Shown one piece after another: positions 25,332 through 38,100 of a DNA stretch of 64,000 nucleotides. Under the pieces are notes generated by a model that was not told where the DNA came from, ran no database searches, and worked only from the letters and a program-made list of their open reading frames with translations. Source of the stretch: Nemertoderma westbladi (taxonomy: Eukaryota; Animalia; Xenacoelomorpha); NCBI GenBank assembly GCA_032718475.1, contig JAUCBJ010003036.1, positions 1 to 64,000 of the forward strand, written 5' to 3'. The number at the start of each line of letters is the position of its first letter. The stretch's first letter is position 1. Position numbers and translations under genes: made by a program.

Positions 25332-26259
25332 GTGCCCATGTTTCCATTTTCAAATATTCCTGTAGGCTACAGTAGTCGGTTCAACATTATACTGCAGTAC
25401 AGCAATACTGATACCAGACTACCTAAATATTAGCACTTAGCTAGACTTAGCACCTACCTGTCCCTCTTCCCTTGCTGGGTCGGGATTCTGCATTTCCAGT
25501 TCACAAATCCAATGAATTACGATAATTATTTATTATAATCAGTTGAGAGTTGATTTGGAACCTATTTGGATTAATTAAACAAGGCGTTTGAAGTAAATAA
25601 TTTAGTTTTTCATACACAATGTTTCACTATTATGCTTTTGTATTCTACTCCTGTACTGTCCATAGGACACAGTTTAAAGTTAGGACCTTTACCTATTCAC
25701 ACCTACAGACTACAAATTACTTTCATTTGCCAATGAATCTTAATCCTGTACAGGTAATAGATGTAATCTAGGTAAGTAATAAAAGATTCCAGTCTTCACG
25801 ACAATTTAAAAAATTTAAAATTTATTAAAATTAACTTTCATTTTAACTTCATAATAAAACTTACCTTGTTAATTTGTTTCCCACCTTGATGTGAATTATC
25901 TTCTTGGGTCAAACTTATCTGCATATACAGCAGATATCAGCATCAATATAATTGTTATTCATATAGACTTAAAGATATATATCTATCAATAATCAATATT
26001 TATCAATTCGCTTATGCACATCAACATTGCATTGCGATTAAATCTCTTTAGTAAAGGGAATACCACTATACTTTTTTTTTTGCTGACTACAAGTTAATTA
26101 CAATTAGCCGAGCCAGCGTTAATGAGTGTGGCTAATTAGTTACTGCGCACTTTCAGGTTAAAATTGCCGTATGGTACGTAACCCTAACCCTAGGTCATAA
26201 TACTGTACTCCAAGAAATTTAGTGGAAATTTCCGACATAATTATCATTTATTGCATTAA

Positions 26260-27036
26260 GGGGGGTATCGGCGACTGCAAAATTTTAAAATTTCCTGAAA
26301 ATTTTTCGAAATTTTGTTTCTTCTAATTTTCTGGTTTGATAGGTCTTTCACGTGGTGACATCGGTTTGCACCATTGAATAATTTTCCACCACAAAACAGA
26401 ACTTTTCAACAACATAATTTATTGGTAATATTCATGACTCTCTGCATAAAACAACCTTTTACTCAGTTTGCCGATTTTTACATTTTTCATCACTAAATTC
26501 CCTACTACTTTTTTATTTTTCACTCAATTTTTATCAAACATATACCAAAATGTTCAGCATCTATAGGGCTACAATCCTTAGTATTGGTTTTGTAACATAT
26601 GTCCATTTGGATGTTCTATGATCCATTATGTAACTGCTTCTCTTTGTCTATCTCAAAATATATGATGCCCGAAATATAGCCCGAACATACTAAAACCCCC
26701 ATAAATTTTTCAAAAACAATAATTATTTTGTGTTGAAATTTTCACAAAAGATAATCTACATCTAGGTTCATTGGACCAAACTCTTGGAAAGAGAACGGCA
26801 ACCCAGTTGGTACTACAGATCCTTCTGCATGATATATTTTTCATAAAAACCCTCAAAATCTTTACAAATTTTGAAAAAAGCCGACTTGCACAAAACGTCC
26901 CATATTTTTCGAACAAAATGGTTTGCGAAGGTATTTATACCCAGTTCTCTTAGTTAAAGATCACAGATAATTGTGTTAGAGTTTCAGAACAGAAGCTATG
27001 AAATTAAAAAAAAATAGATTTGGGATGATACCCCCC
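26260..27036. mobile_element. Non-autonomous DNA transposon (MITE), Kolobok-like
   Basis: TTAA on both sides (26256-26259, 27037-27040); TIR GGGGGGTATC/GATACCCCCC; no coding capacity. TTAA with GG termini fits Kolobok better than piggyBac (CC termini). Confidence 0.8.
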
Positions 27037-28128
27037 TTAACTGACCATGCGGTCTGACTAACTAAATCATTGGTATAAGACCTGCAATAGATTGGCTACT
27101 GTCATGCAGTCAGGTTGCCAGTATATATGCCTAACAGCCAAAACTGTTAGTACTGTAGTACCGGAAAATGGGTTCTATCACATGTGAGGCACAGTGACAA
27201 ATTCCTTTCCCCAGTGGCCATTTTTGGACTAATTTGTCTCAAATTTCACACAGACACTCTCTGACCTATGTGTAACTTCAAAAAAAAAAAATTTAAATTA
27301 GGTGATTTTCCGGTTCGAGCAGCACGATATTTCAGCATTTCCTCAATGCAGCATTTCCTCAATTTTACTTCAATTAGCCGGAAAATCTACAGACAGACAC
27401 TTCAGGTCGTGTATTTAATGTGATGTAAATTTTACGGCTGCAGAGGACGATGTGCCCTTCGCGCGGCACGTGAAAAAAACTGTCTTTTCTAGAAAAATAC
27501 TTTTTAAATTGACCACTGTCAGTACTACTGCGACTGCCCTGCCAGTACCAGACAACCGCACTACAGCACTAGCGGACCTCTACCTACTACGCTGTAAGGA
27601 ATCGATAAAAAAAATTCTTACAACTGTGCCTCAAATATGATGTTACCGGAAAGTGTACTGTACCAAGGGGTCATATAAGAGAAACGTAAAATAATAAAAG
27701 AAAATAAATAAGTTATGCAATGGAATAATATTTTAATAAACTGTAGTTACTTAAGATATTACATTATACATTCACAGTTATTGAACGAAGTTATAAGTAA
27801 GTAAACGATAGGCTTCTATGCAGTCGGAATAATATTGATTGAGTCTGAAATTGTTTTGAACAAGAGAGTGTTGTATCAAGGATACAAGCAGAGAAGGAAT
27901 TTCCCAGATCAGCAATACTGTGGATATGTGTAGAGCTCTCATTATATCACTTATAAACTAATTAACTATGTGCAGTAGCAGTACTCTATACATGTATTCT
28001 TAGAGCTGCGTTGTGGTTTGGCTACAACCCTAATAATATAATAAAGTATATACATATAATTAGAGATAAATTAGTGATGAAAGAGACTAACATATTTAAA
28101 CAGTATTCTTAATATGCGTACTGATTAG

Positions 28129-28133
28129 GTATG

Positions 28134-28167
<34 letters not shown>

Positions 28168-28185
28168 TGTATGTATGTATGTATG
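28129..28185. repeat. (GTAT)n microsatellite
   Basis: Seen directly. Confidence 0.95.
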
Positions 28186-28231
28186 CAATAAATAAATATA
28201 TGGCCCGCGTGTATTGCTATGATACAACAAA

Positions 28232-28869
28232 TTAAGGTTTGATTATTTAGAGCAGCAGTAGTTAAAGTACTCCTCTATGGGAGTCCATGCTGGACTCTAA
28301 CTGCTGAGGACACCAAATCTCTGGATGGCACATTCACAACAATGCTACGCCGGGTTCATTGTGTCAAGTACAATGCACACATCTCCAACCAGACACTATA
28401 TAACATTGGAGGTGTCTCATTGGTTCCCCCAAGCTTGACACTAGAACAAAATCGCCTCCGCTTTGCAGGACATTGCTTTCGCCGTGAGGACTAGCCAGTG
28501 CATAATCTTGTACTTTGGCAGCCTCATGGAGTGAATAAGCATGGTGGACAGCCCATGACTTTCTTGAGACGCATCTTAAAGGACACTGGCCTTGAAGATG
28601 CGGATAATCTAGCAAATATCATGGGTGATAGGGCGTTGTGGCGGTGCTATTTTGTCGATAAGCCGGCCCCATCATTCTTAAAAATGCAGCTGCAATGCAG
28701 CATGCCGATCCTAGTAGTAGTAGTAGTAGTAGACACTAGAACAAAATTGCCTCCGCTTTGCAGGACATTGCTTTCGCCGTGAGGAACAGCCAGTGCATAA
28801 TCTTGTACTTTGGTAGCCTCATGGAGTGAATAAGCATGGTGGACAGCCCATGACTTACTTGAGATGCAT
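28232..28869 (+). mobile_element. Second 3' fragment of the (GTA)n-tailed RTE-type LINE plus an internal re-copy
   Basis: 28232-28732 matches ~12963-13489 including the tail; 28733-28869 repeats 28439-28575. Confidence 0.9.
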
Positions 28870-28948
28870 AGGACACCATTCATGGGACACCAAATATAAT
28901 ACAGTCTTACGTGCAAAGTATGATGCATGAATCATACAAAGTATAATA

Positions 28949-29549
28949 CAGTCTCACGCTGCCCTACCCCACAGCCACAGTCTCACGCCGCCCTACCACA
29001 CAGCCACAGTCTCACACTGCCCTACCCCACAGCCACAGTCTCACGCCACCCTACCCCACAGCCACAGTCTCACGCCGCCCTACCCGACAGCCACAGTCTG
29101 ACGCCGCCCACAGCCACAGCCACAGTCTCAAGCTGCCCTACCCCACAGCCACAGTCTCACGCCACTATACCCCACAGCCAGAGTCTCACGCTGCCCCATC
29201 GCCCTACCTGCCGCCCTACCCCACAGCCACAGTCTCACACTGCCTTACCCCACAGACACAATCTCACGCCGCCCTACGTCACAGCCACAGTCGCACGCTG
29301 CCATAACTAACAGCCAGTCTCACGCCGCCCTACCCCACAGTCACAATCTCACGCCGCCCTACCCACCCCCTACCCCACAGCCACAATCTGATGCGGCCCT
29401 AACCCACAGCCACAGTCTCACGCCACCCTACCTGTCGCCATACCCCACAGCCACAGTCTCACACTGCCCTACCTGCCGCCCTACCCCACAGCCACAGTCT
29501 CACGCCAACCTACCCGCCGTACTACCACACAGCCACAGTCTCACACCGC
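28949..29549. repeat. 29-bp satellite, left arm
   Basis: Unit CCCTACCCCACAGCCACAGTCTCACGCCG with variants; continues at 48655 after the nested insertion. Confidence 0.95.
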
Positions 29550-29782
29550 TGTGGTGCACGGGCCGAAATGAGTTCTAGTTGAATAAGGCCCCCATGCAAC
29601 CAAGAAGAAAAGAAGATAGACAGATTTACAGATAAAGTATATCAGTATTGCAGTATGATATTCAAACAGGTTACAGCATTAGGTACAACAGCAGTTCTCA
29701 CATACCGGTAGGTAGGACTATATGTACCAATGGGTTAGGACCACACGACATATCATATATATCTCAATTTGAGTTCCCCACA
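29550..29782 (-). repeat. Element C 3' LTR
   Basis: TGTGG...CCACA; matches 48422-48654. Confidence 0.95.
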
Positions 29783-29849
29783 CTACACCCCCCCCCCCCC
29801 CCCCAGTGTGGTACTTGTATGAAACCTGTACACTCTTGAGTCTTTACAT

Positions 29850-31162
29850 TTAGATGCCCAAGCGTGATGGAAGTCGGGAAAACCTGCCTGACCTTGTGAT
29901 AGTTGGTTGAGGAGCTGAGACCGGAGTCGGCCGAGATGGTGTTTGAGCTGGGATGAATGGGGGCGTTTCTGGACGGAGATGGTTCAGTGGCCGGGTTGGT
30001 GTGTCATCTTTGTTGTCGTTGGACCCATCAAGCCTGGCTGGCTTTAGACGGTCGATCGAGATACACTCAACTTTGTCATTTGGAAACAGAAGCCGATAGT
30101 ATTTGGGAGTACGCTCCACAACAAAATATGGGCCTCTGTATGGTGGCTGGAGACCACGGCGATTCTTGTCCGGTTGCCGAACCCACACGAAGCTACACTT
30201 GTGAAGCTCAGGAGGAATGTAGGGAGCACCACCGGTATTGTGGAGTACAGGAGGCAGGCGCAAGTCAGCCATGGCACTCTGTAGGCGAGGAAGGAAAATA
30301 CTTTGCCGTGAGTTTCGGTCTTGGATAAGCCCAGGAGGTGGTGATTCATGGAACTGACCAGGAACCGAGATTGGGGCACCAAACACCAGTTCGCATGGAG
30401 CAGCGCCGATGTCCTCTTTGATAGTGGTACGGTAGCCCAGCAGGACTGTGTCTAGCTCGTCCGCCCAGTTGTCGGAACCCTCCAGCCGGGCTCGCAGGCC
30501 ATCCTTGAGCTGCCGATGCAGCCTCTCAACCATCCCATTGGCCTGTGGATGGAAGGCAGTGGTAGTCGTGTGCTGGGTCCCCAAGATCCTGTTCAAAGCC
30601 GCCCAGATCTCCGCAGTGAACTGGCTGCCCCGATCTGAGGTGATCCTCTGAGGGACTCCAAACCGTGCAACCCATGCGCTGAACAATGCTCTGGCACAGT
30701 CATCTGAGGTCGGCGGTCCAGCCATTGGAATCACCTCACACCATCTGGTAAAGCGGTCAATGATGGTGAACAGGTGGTCAAAACCCCGAGACACAGGGAG
30801 AGGGCCAACTATGTCAACATGGATGTGCGCAAAGCGCTCCAGGGGTGCATCGAGGTGTTGGAGTGGAGCCCTGGTGTGTTTGGAGATTTTGGCATACTGG
30901 CATGCGTGGCACGTCTGTGCCCACTGAATACAGTTCTTTCTCATGGAAGGCCAGACGTATTTGGAGGCCACCATCTGGGCAGATGCCCGGGCTTCAGGAT
31001 GCAGTGGTGCGTGCAATGCCTGGAAGATTCGTCGACGCCAGGATGCTGGAACGAATGGCCGCGGTTGACTGGTCCGTCTGATGTTGCACCAGAGGCTGAC
31101 GCCATTGTCGGCACTTCGTATCTGTCGCAAGACGAGGCCGGTGGCCAAGTCTCCAGCCTGAA
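29850..31162 (-). pseudogene. pol: Element C pol, integrase part (separated by the B insertion)
   Basis: LHAPLHP...CHAC, HVDIVGPLP, TSDRG and NGMVER motifs; removing B restores the in-frame junction DLTRLLQ-AGDLATG. Confidence 0.93.
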
Positions 31163-31688
31163 TGTGACGGGATCTACGGATCCCGGTTTATCGGTTGGGT
31201 TTTCTATCCAAGCGTCCCCGCCGTGTGTGAAAGGTAAAAGAGTTCTGGTGTTCGGTTATATGTATAAGGTATAATAGTCTGATATATATATAGTATAACA
31301 CAACAGGTAATATAAGTATGATGGCGGTAGCGGACGGTGACAGAAGTCCCCGTTCCACCCTACTGATCTGACTGAGTAAACTGAATGAATGATTACAGGT
31401 TACTGGTTATATTGCACGGTGGCCTTATTGCTCCTCAATCGATGCCTTGCCCCCCTCTGATTGGTTGATATCCCTGTTGGCACCCTTTGGAGTGTTTCCC
31501 TTCACTCCCTGTGTTCTCTCTCGGTTAGGGGTTTGGCCCCTGACCCTTATTGTGTGTGTCTCCTTTGGGGCCTATTGTCCCCGTTTACTGGGCTGACACG
31601 AGGTTGACTGGTAATCAACCTCGTGCTCCCAATATTGCTTTATGGCTCACTCTATGGGTTTGTGTTAGCGGAATTGGATAAGCTAACA
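31163..31688 (-). repeat. Element B 3' LTR
   Basis: Preceded on the minus strand by the PPT; matches 44847-45372. Confidence 0.93.
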
Positions 31689-32049
31689 CTCCCCCCCATG
31701 CTATCTTCCCGGTGAGAAGATAGCATCCAACTCAAGTGCGCTACAATTCCGCTGGATCCCGATCTATTATCGGGTGTGGGGTGGGTCTATTTTTTTTCGG
31801 AGTCGGCTTTCCAGGCCGCTCCCTATGGGTATGATGTCACTACCCTCTGGCGTCTCGTGTCGGGCCGATCGTGCGCTTCTTTCACACAATTTTTGTTTCC
31901 CCAACACTCTCACCATTCTACTCCAACTCTCGCATACCCCCGGACCTCCTCGTCCCACACTCTTCCTCTCACTTCTCCTCCCCCACACTTGAATTGCGCC
32001 CACGCTCTCTTCGCACTCCGCACTATTACTCCATCCCTCCTTGTCACTC

Positions 32050-33520
32050 CCTAAGGCTTTAATCTCTAATGCTACCCCTGTGCTATCATACTATCTACCT
32101 ACTGCTTACTAACTCTAACTATCTAACTAACTCTGCTAACTACTAACTCTTACTACTTCTAGCTCTAACTGAGAGCCTCTAACTTTCTACTGACTCTAAC
32201 TCTCTACTAAGTCTAACTAACTCCTACTAACTTTCTACTTCTACTAACTCTACTTGACTCCTCTGAGTCTACCAACTCTGCTAACTAGCTCTACTAACTC
32301 TACTCCACTAGCTCTGCTAACTCTACTCCACTAGCTCTGCTAACTCTACTAACTAGCTCTACTAACTCTACTCCACTCTTCTAACTACGTGGCGCTTGCG
32401 GTGCCCACAACCATTCTACTATCTGGCACCCTATGTGCCCTTCTACTACTCAACTACCTCTCTAACTTACTACCTGGCACCCTATGTGCCCGTCTCTACT
32501 CTTCTACTCTCTGGCACCCTATGTGCCCGTCTCTACTCCTCTACATCCCCTTTACGTCTCATCGCCTACACGTGACGCTCTGAGTGCCGGCAGAGCGGGT
32601 ACGTTAATTATGTGAACTACTACTGACTCTACTAACTCTCTTCTAACTCTACTAACTCCTTTTGTGCCCGGCACCTCTTGTGCCCGGCACCTTCTAACTC
32701 TACTAACTCTCTTCTAACTCTACTAACTCTTTTTGTGCCCGGCACCTCTTGTGCCCGGCACCTTCTAACTCTACTAACTCAACTAACTCTACTACTAACT
32801 CAACTAACTCTACTACTAACTCTTTTTGTGCCCGGCACCTCTTGTGCCCGGCACCCACCCTAATTAACATACCCTGCTCTTACATCAAACACGTCATCAC
32901 GCCCGTGCCCCACTAAGTTCAGCGCATTCCCTACTAACTCTAACTACGTGGCGCTTACGGTGCCCACAACCCTCTACTGCTACTACTAACACCCCTAACT
33001 AGCGGTACTACGTACCCTCTTACTACTCTTACTCTCTAACGGTACTGCGTACCCCTTAACTCCTATTCTCTAACGGTACTGCGTACCCTCTTACTACTCT
33101 TACTCTCTAACGGTACTGCGTACCCCTTAACTCCTATTCTCTAACGGTACTGCGTACCCTCTAACTCTTACTCTAACTAGCGGTACTTACGTACCCTCTA
33201 ACTCTAACTACCTAGCGGTACTTACGTACCCTCTAACTCTACTAGCTAGCGGTACAACGTACCCTCTTACTACTCTAGCTCTCTCTACTAGCTAGCGGTA
33301 CTACGTACCCTCTTACTCTTACTCTAACACTAACTGTCAGTGCTAACTGACTAACTAACTAACTCTGACTCTAGGTACTACGTACCTCCTAACTAACTCC
33401 TCTACTAACGGTACTACACGTACCCTCCTACTAACTCTTCTACTAACGGTACTACGTACCACCCTTTAACTAACTAACTAACTAACTCTTACTACCTAAC
33501 TTCTACCTACTCTATTATTT
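32050..33520. repeat. Low-complexity 3' region of element B (CTAACT/CTACT repeats with GGTAC..GTACC and GTGCCCGGCAC motifs)
   Basis: Seen directly. Confidence 0.85.
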
Positions 33521-34240
33521 AATTATTTTCTTATTTTAATTAAATAATCATTTTATATTTTGCGCGTGGGAAGGGCGTCTCGCCCTCATTCCCACCCCCC
33601 TCAGTCCAAAACTTTGGACGACTAAAAACTCTCACGTGCCCCTTCTTCCGGTAGGCACTCTCCTGCTGCCCTCCTATACGTCCTCTAACTCTTCGCCACA
33701 CTCTCTTCGGTGCTACCTTTGCTGGCCTCCCCCTTCGTATGTGCGCTGGCATTAAAGCCCTCGACGACCCCCGCTCGTCCCTCGGTATACGCGGTGTCTG
33801 CCCGTGCAATGCCCCCTCGCACTGTGTCCGTCCTGCGTGTGTATGCAACACGCCTCCTTCTACTTTCCCGACTCCCTTTTTTTTTCAATTTTCAATTTAT
33901 TTTTCCTTTCAACAATTTCCTATTTCAGTACAATCAATACAAACATTGGATGAAGGTGATGGTGATGACGAAGTAGCAGACAATAGCGAAGCTAGTATAG
34001 CCTGCTACTCCGACTGGAAATTGATGGGTTGGAGGTGGGGTGGGGGGGGGGGGGTGGGTGGGCGTGTCTGCTCCTCTAGAATTTGTCTGGTTTTTGAGCT
34101 TTATTGTATGAGATATAATTGATGGTCAGCCGAATAGTGTAGCAGTAGCATTCTGGGATAGAAGACTTTGAGAGGCAATAAATGGCAGCGACTATAATAA
34201 AAGATACGTGGTGAGATATAAAAAGTGGGCATGGGCCTAA

Positions 34241-37200
34241 CTACAGGGACATTAACAGGTGGTATTTATACGCTGACGAAAATGCTTTTTTTGATTTTGA
34301 GTGTTTTAATTGAGATGGTAGTGCGTTCCAAATTGAAGGGCCTTGATAATTCATGGAAGCTTTGGAGGAAGTTAGGCGGACCTTCGGAATAGAGAAACCA
34401 TCCGTAGTAGCAAGGCGAGTTGGATATCTGTGTACAGAGGAAATTTTGGTGAATAATGAGCCTAGAGTAGAATCAGGTTTAAATAAGTTAGCGTTTACAT
34501 CGTACATGAGGGATCCTACTTGGTGCTTATAGAGGAGGTCAATAGGTAGGATGCCGAGAGACTTATAGATAGGTTTAGAAGAAGCTCGGTAGTGCGAGAA
34601 AGTAATACAGCGGAGGAGTTTGTTTATTTTTATACGTAGGGGTTGTAGGGTATAAGAATGGGTTTTGCCCCAGAGTAGAATGCCATACAATAAATAGGGG
34701 TGTACAAGTGAAAAATATAGTTGGCGAAGTATACGAAGGGGAAATATGTGACGCAGTTTGTAGAATATTCCGGAGGTTCTAGAGATTTTAGACGTAATAT
34801 GTTTAATGTGAGATTTCCAGTTTAAGTTGTCATCTACTAGAACCCCTAGAAATTTAGAATGTGGTTTCCGAGTAATGGGGGAATGGTTAATTAGTATTGG
34901 GTCGGAGTGAGTATTAGGGTAATTAGAGTATATAGCATATTCAGTCTTAGATAGATTGAGAGATAGACGGTTGTCTGATAGCCAGTCCGCAATCTTAGAT
35001 AATTCAGAGTTAGTTATGGAGATTAAAGAGTCCAGATTAGGTTTAGCTATATGAAGAGTTGTGTCGTCAGCAAATAATGTTGAGATTAGTGAGGTAGCAT
35101 TGGGAAGGTCGTTGATATACAATAGGAATAGGATTGGCGAGATAGTGGCGCCTTGTGGGACACCACATGTAATAGGTAAACTAGAAGAATGGTGGTTACC
35201 GATAGAAACAAATTGGGTTCTAGAATCTAGGAAGCTTGAGAGTAGTTGCTGTGGTATTCCCCGGATACCATAGGAGTTTAGCTTAGAGGTTAGGATAGAG
35301 TGATCAATAGTGTCGAAAGCCTTTTTTAGATCTATATAGATAGCACTGGTGAATAGTTTTTGGTCTAAGTATTTGTGAATATTCTCTACAACGGATAGCA
35401 GAGCATGGGATGTTGTAGATTTAGGGCGAAAGCCGAATTGAGAATTAGACAATATGGAATATTTTTTTAGGTACGAGAGTAGTTGGTTATTAATTATGGA
35501 TTCGTACAGTTTGCTTATTACGGGTAGAAGAGAAATAGGTCGGTAGTTATTAGTGTCCGATGGGTCGGCACTCTTGAATACGGGAATGACTTTGGCCGAT
35601 TTAAGAGCCTTAGGGAAGAAGCCTTGAGTTATCGATAGGTTAATTAGGTGAGATAGATGAATAGATAGTAATTTAGCAGACAACTGTAATAGTTTAATGG
35701 GGAAACAATCATGAGATGCAGATTTGGGGTCTAATTGGAGGATTAGATATTCGACTTCGACAGGGGATGTCTCTACCAGTGAAAATGAGTTAGAGCGAGT
35801 GTGGTTAATGAAGCGTAGTGGGGAGCGGTTGGATTTAGGAATATCGTTGGCTAGTTTAGGTCCTATGGTAGTAAAGTGTAGGTTGAAAGCTTCAGCAATT
35901 TGCTTTGGGTCGGTGATGGTTTTGGCAGAATTATCAGTACGGATAGTTAGTTTTTTTGGAGTATTTAAATGTTTTGTTTTATTTAATGCAGAGTTTATAA
36001 TTATCCATGTTTTGCGTATGTTACCTGAGTTAGTTTCGAATTCACTAGAGTAATAGGCCTTCTCGGCAGCCCTTAGAGTAGAAGTTAATTTATTCCTATA
36101 GGTTTTGTAAGCAAGAGTATTAGCAGGGGTAGGATTCCTAATGTAAATTCTGTATAATTTGTTTTTATTAATGGAACTTTTAATAAGATTATCAGTCATC
36201 CAGGGTTTAGATAATTTTTTACGGGGTGGAATAGATTTCTTAGGTAAATGTTTGTCGCAGATAGAATTAAAATCGGAGTAGAAAGAGTCTAGTTTGTCCT
36301 TGTCGGCTATAGTTGGAGTTAGATAAGACCAAGATTTACTACTGGCTACGTCTCTCAGAAATTGATCCTTGTTAAAACGCGAGTAATCGAATATTGTGTG
36401 TGGAGCTGCTGGATGAAAGTAACAGGAGTACTTCTGGAGGATAACGAATGTAGCATAGTGATCAGAAGTGCCTATTTGTGAGTTAAAAGTACCGGCTGTA
36501 GTAGTATAATTAGTAATGTTTGTAAGTATATGATCTATAAGAGTTTCAGAGTGTATTGTCTGATCGGGTAGTTCATTATGAAAAACACGTGTAGGTTGGT
36601 TGATAAGTTGTATAAAACCGTAGGAATTAATGAGGTCAGTATAGGATTTGGAAGTAGTGGTTGATTTTAGAAGGTTAATATTAATATCTCCTGTGATAAT
36701 TACATCATAGTTGTTTTTAGTAAGTTCAGTTAGAGCTAGATCGAGTAATTCAAGAAAATCAGTAGGGAGTACAGAATGTCTACGGTAAATAGTGCCTAGA
36801 ATTAAGGGCTTGGCATTTTGTGGTCTTTTGATTTGCACCCATGAATTTTCAAGACCATTCATTTTTAAATCAGGACGTGGGGACACATCCAGGGATTCCT
36901 TGACATAGATAGCAGTACCACCACGATTTAATTTGTCGCCTGTTTTCCGGATGTCAAGATAAGGGGTGTGAAAACCGGGAAAAGTGATTTCATTTAAATT
37001 TGAGTTACTGTCTAAAAAAGTTTCTGAAAATGTGATGACATCGAATTTGGTAGTTAATGTTAAGAGAAAAGTTTCAATATCAGATTTATTTTTGGGTAAG
37101 CTGCGGGCATTAAGGTGGAATATTTTTAGGCCTGTATTATCTAAATTTTTAAAGTCGTTGTTAAAAGTATCTTCTGTAAAATAACCGTTATTTATATTAA

Positions 37201-37522
37201 GTGAGACTGTATTATTTTCGGGGTCAAGCTGGCTAAATGTTTGGTTTATAATGTTTGAGTCTGTGTCATCATTTATTTCAGGAGAAAAATAGTGAAAAAT
37301 GTCGCTGTCATTATTGTCTACAACGGAAAACGGAAATATATCGAAATTACAGAATATACAGTAGACATAGGACATTGGGGTGGCTTCTATCTCAGAGCTG
37401 GATTGGTAAGATCCACATTGTGCATGATATGAATGGCCGCAAATATTACATTTAAAGTAGTAGTCCGAGGAGATAAATTGAGAGAAGCAGAGCGCGCATG
37501 AAGGGGTAGAAGGTTCATGCAT
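34241..37522 (-). CDS. LINE ORF2: PHD finger, APE endonuclease, reverse transcriptase
   Basis: 1093-aa uninterrupted ORF: CALC..CNIC..HAQC..CIFC, HLNARSL, FSETFL, GDIN, SDHY, NYRPISLL, DLKKAFD, GVPQG, LFADDT. Confidence 0.95.
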   Translation of the reverse strand: MHEPSTPSCALCFSQFISSDYYFKCNICGHSYHAQCGSYQSSSEIEATPMSYVYCIFCNFDIFPFSVVDNNDSDIFHYFSPEINDDTDSNIINQTFSQLDPENNTVSLNINNGYFTEDTFNNDFKNLDNTGLKIFHLNARSLPKNKSDIETFLLTLTTKFDVITFSETFLDSNSNLNEITFPGFHTPYLDIRKTGDKLNRGGTAIYVKESLDVSPRPDLKMNGLENSWVQIKRPQNAKPLILGTIYRRHSVLPTDFLELLDLALTELTKNNYDVIITGDININLLKSTTTSKSYTDLINSYGFIQLINQPTRVFHNELPDQTIHSETLIDHILTNITNYTTTAGTFNSQIGTSDHYATFVILQKYSCYFHPAAPHTIFDYSRFNKDQFLRDVASSKSWSYLTPTIADKDKLDSFYSDFNSICDKHLPKKSIPPRKKLSKPWMTDNLIKSSINKNKLYRIYIRNPTPANTLAYKTYRNKLTSTLRAAEKAYYSSEFETNSGNIRKTWIIINSALNKTKHLNTPKKLTIRTDNSAKTITDPKQIAEAFNLHFTTIGPKLANDIPKSNRSPLRFINHTRSNSFSLVETSPVEVEYLILQLDPKSASHDCFPIKLLQLSAKLLSIHLSHLINLSITQGFFPKALKSAKVIPVFKSADPSDTNNYRPISLLPVISKLYESIINNQLLSYLKKYSILSNSQFGFRPKSTTSHALLSVVENIHKYLDQKLFTSAIYIDLKKAFDTIDHSILTSKLNSYGIRGIPQQLLSSFLDSRTQFVSIGNHHSSSLPITCGVPQGATISPILFLLYINDLPNATSLISTLFADDTTLHIAKPNLDSLISITNSELSKIADWLSDNRLSLNLSKTEYAIYSNYPNTHSDPILINHSPITRKPHSKFLGVLVDDNLNWKSHIKHITSKISRTSGIFYKLRHIFPLRILRQLYFSLVHPYLLYGILLWGKTHSYTLQPLRIKINKLLRCITFSHYRASSKPIYKSLGILPIDLLYKHQVGSLMYDVNANLFKPDSTLGSLFTKISSVHRYPTRLATTDGFSIPKVRLTSSKASMNYQGPSIWNALPSQLKHSKSKKAFSSAYKYHLLMSL

Positions 37523-38100
37523 GGGGCGTTTAGTAAAGCGGGTGAGATGACATGAAATGATAAGCGAATGATGTTAGTAGTAATATTAACCACTATAAAT
37601 CATGACGTATACACCTGACTGACATGACATAATATATCAATTAATTATAAGAAATATTTTAGAACTAACAGTAATATATATATATATATATGTGAATGGG
37701 ATAATCAAAAACGGTATTAATTTAAATTTGACTTTATCCGTAATAAAGGTTTTCATCAGAAAGAAAATAAAATAAAGTAAAGATTGGTCCGTTCAAAACT
37801 TAGAGATAGGGCTAGTGTTTTTCATTTGTGGCGATTATTATCTTTCTGTTAAATAGTCCAAATGGATCTATGGTTGAAACATATATAAGTTCAATTATTA
37901 TCCCTTCAAAAAAAAATTTTAACCTACGATACCGGTACGCTTACATAGAATAACAACAAATTAAAGGCTAACAGAGCCAATAGTACAGTAATAGCCCACG
38001 ACCAATACTGCAATAGGTGAAATGAAGCTGCAACAGTACAGTGGGTAGTACATGACATCGCTCAATACTGCATTCAGTGTCGAGTTAGGCTCGATTCGAA

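Noticed and set aside
26179-26192. TAACCCTAACCCTA telomere-like motif
   Set aside because: Only about two units; expected by chance.
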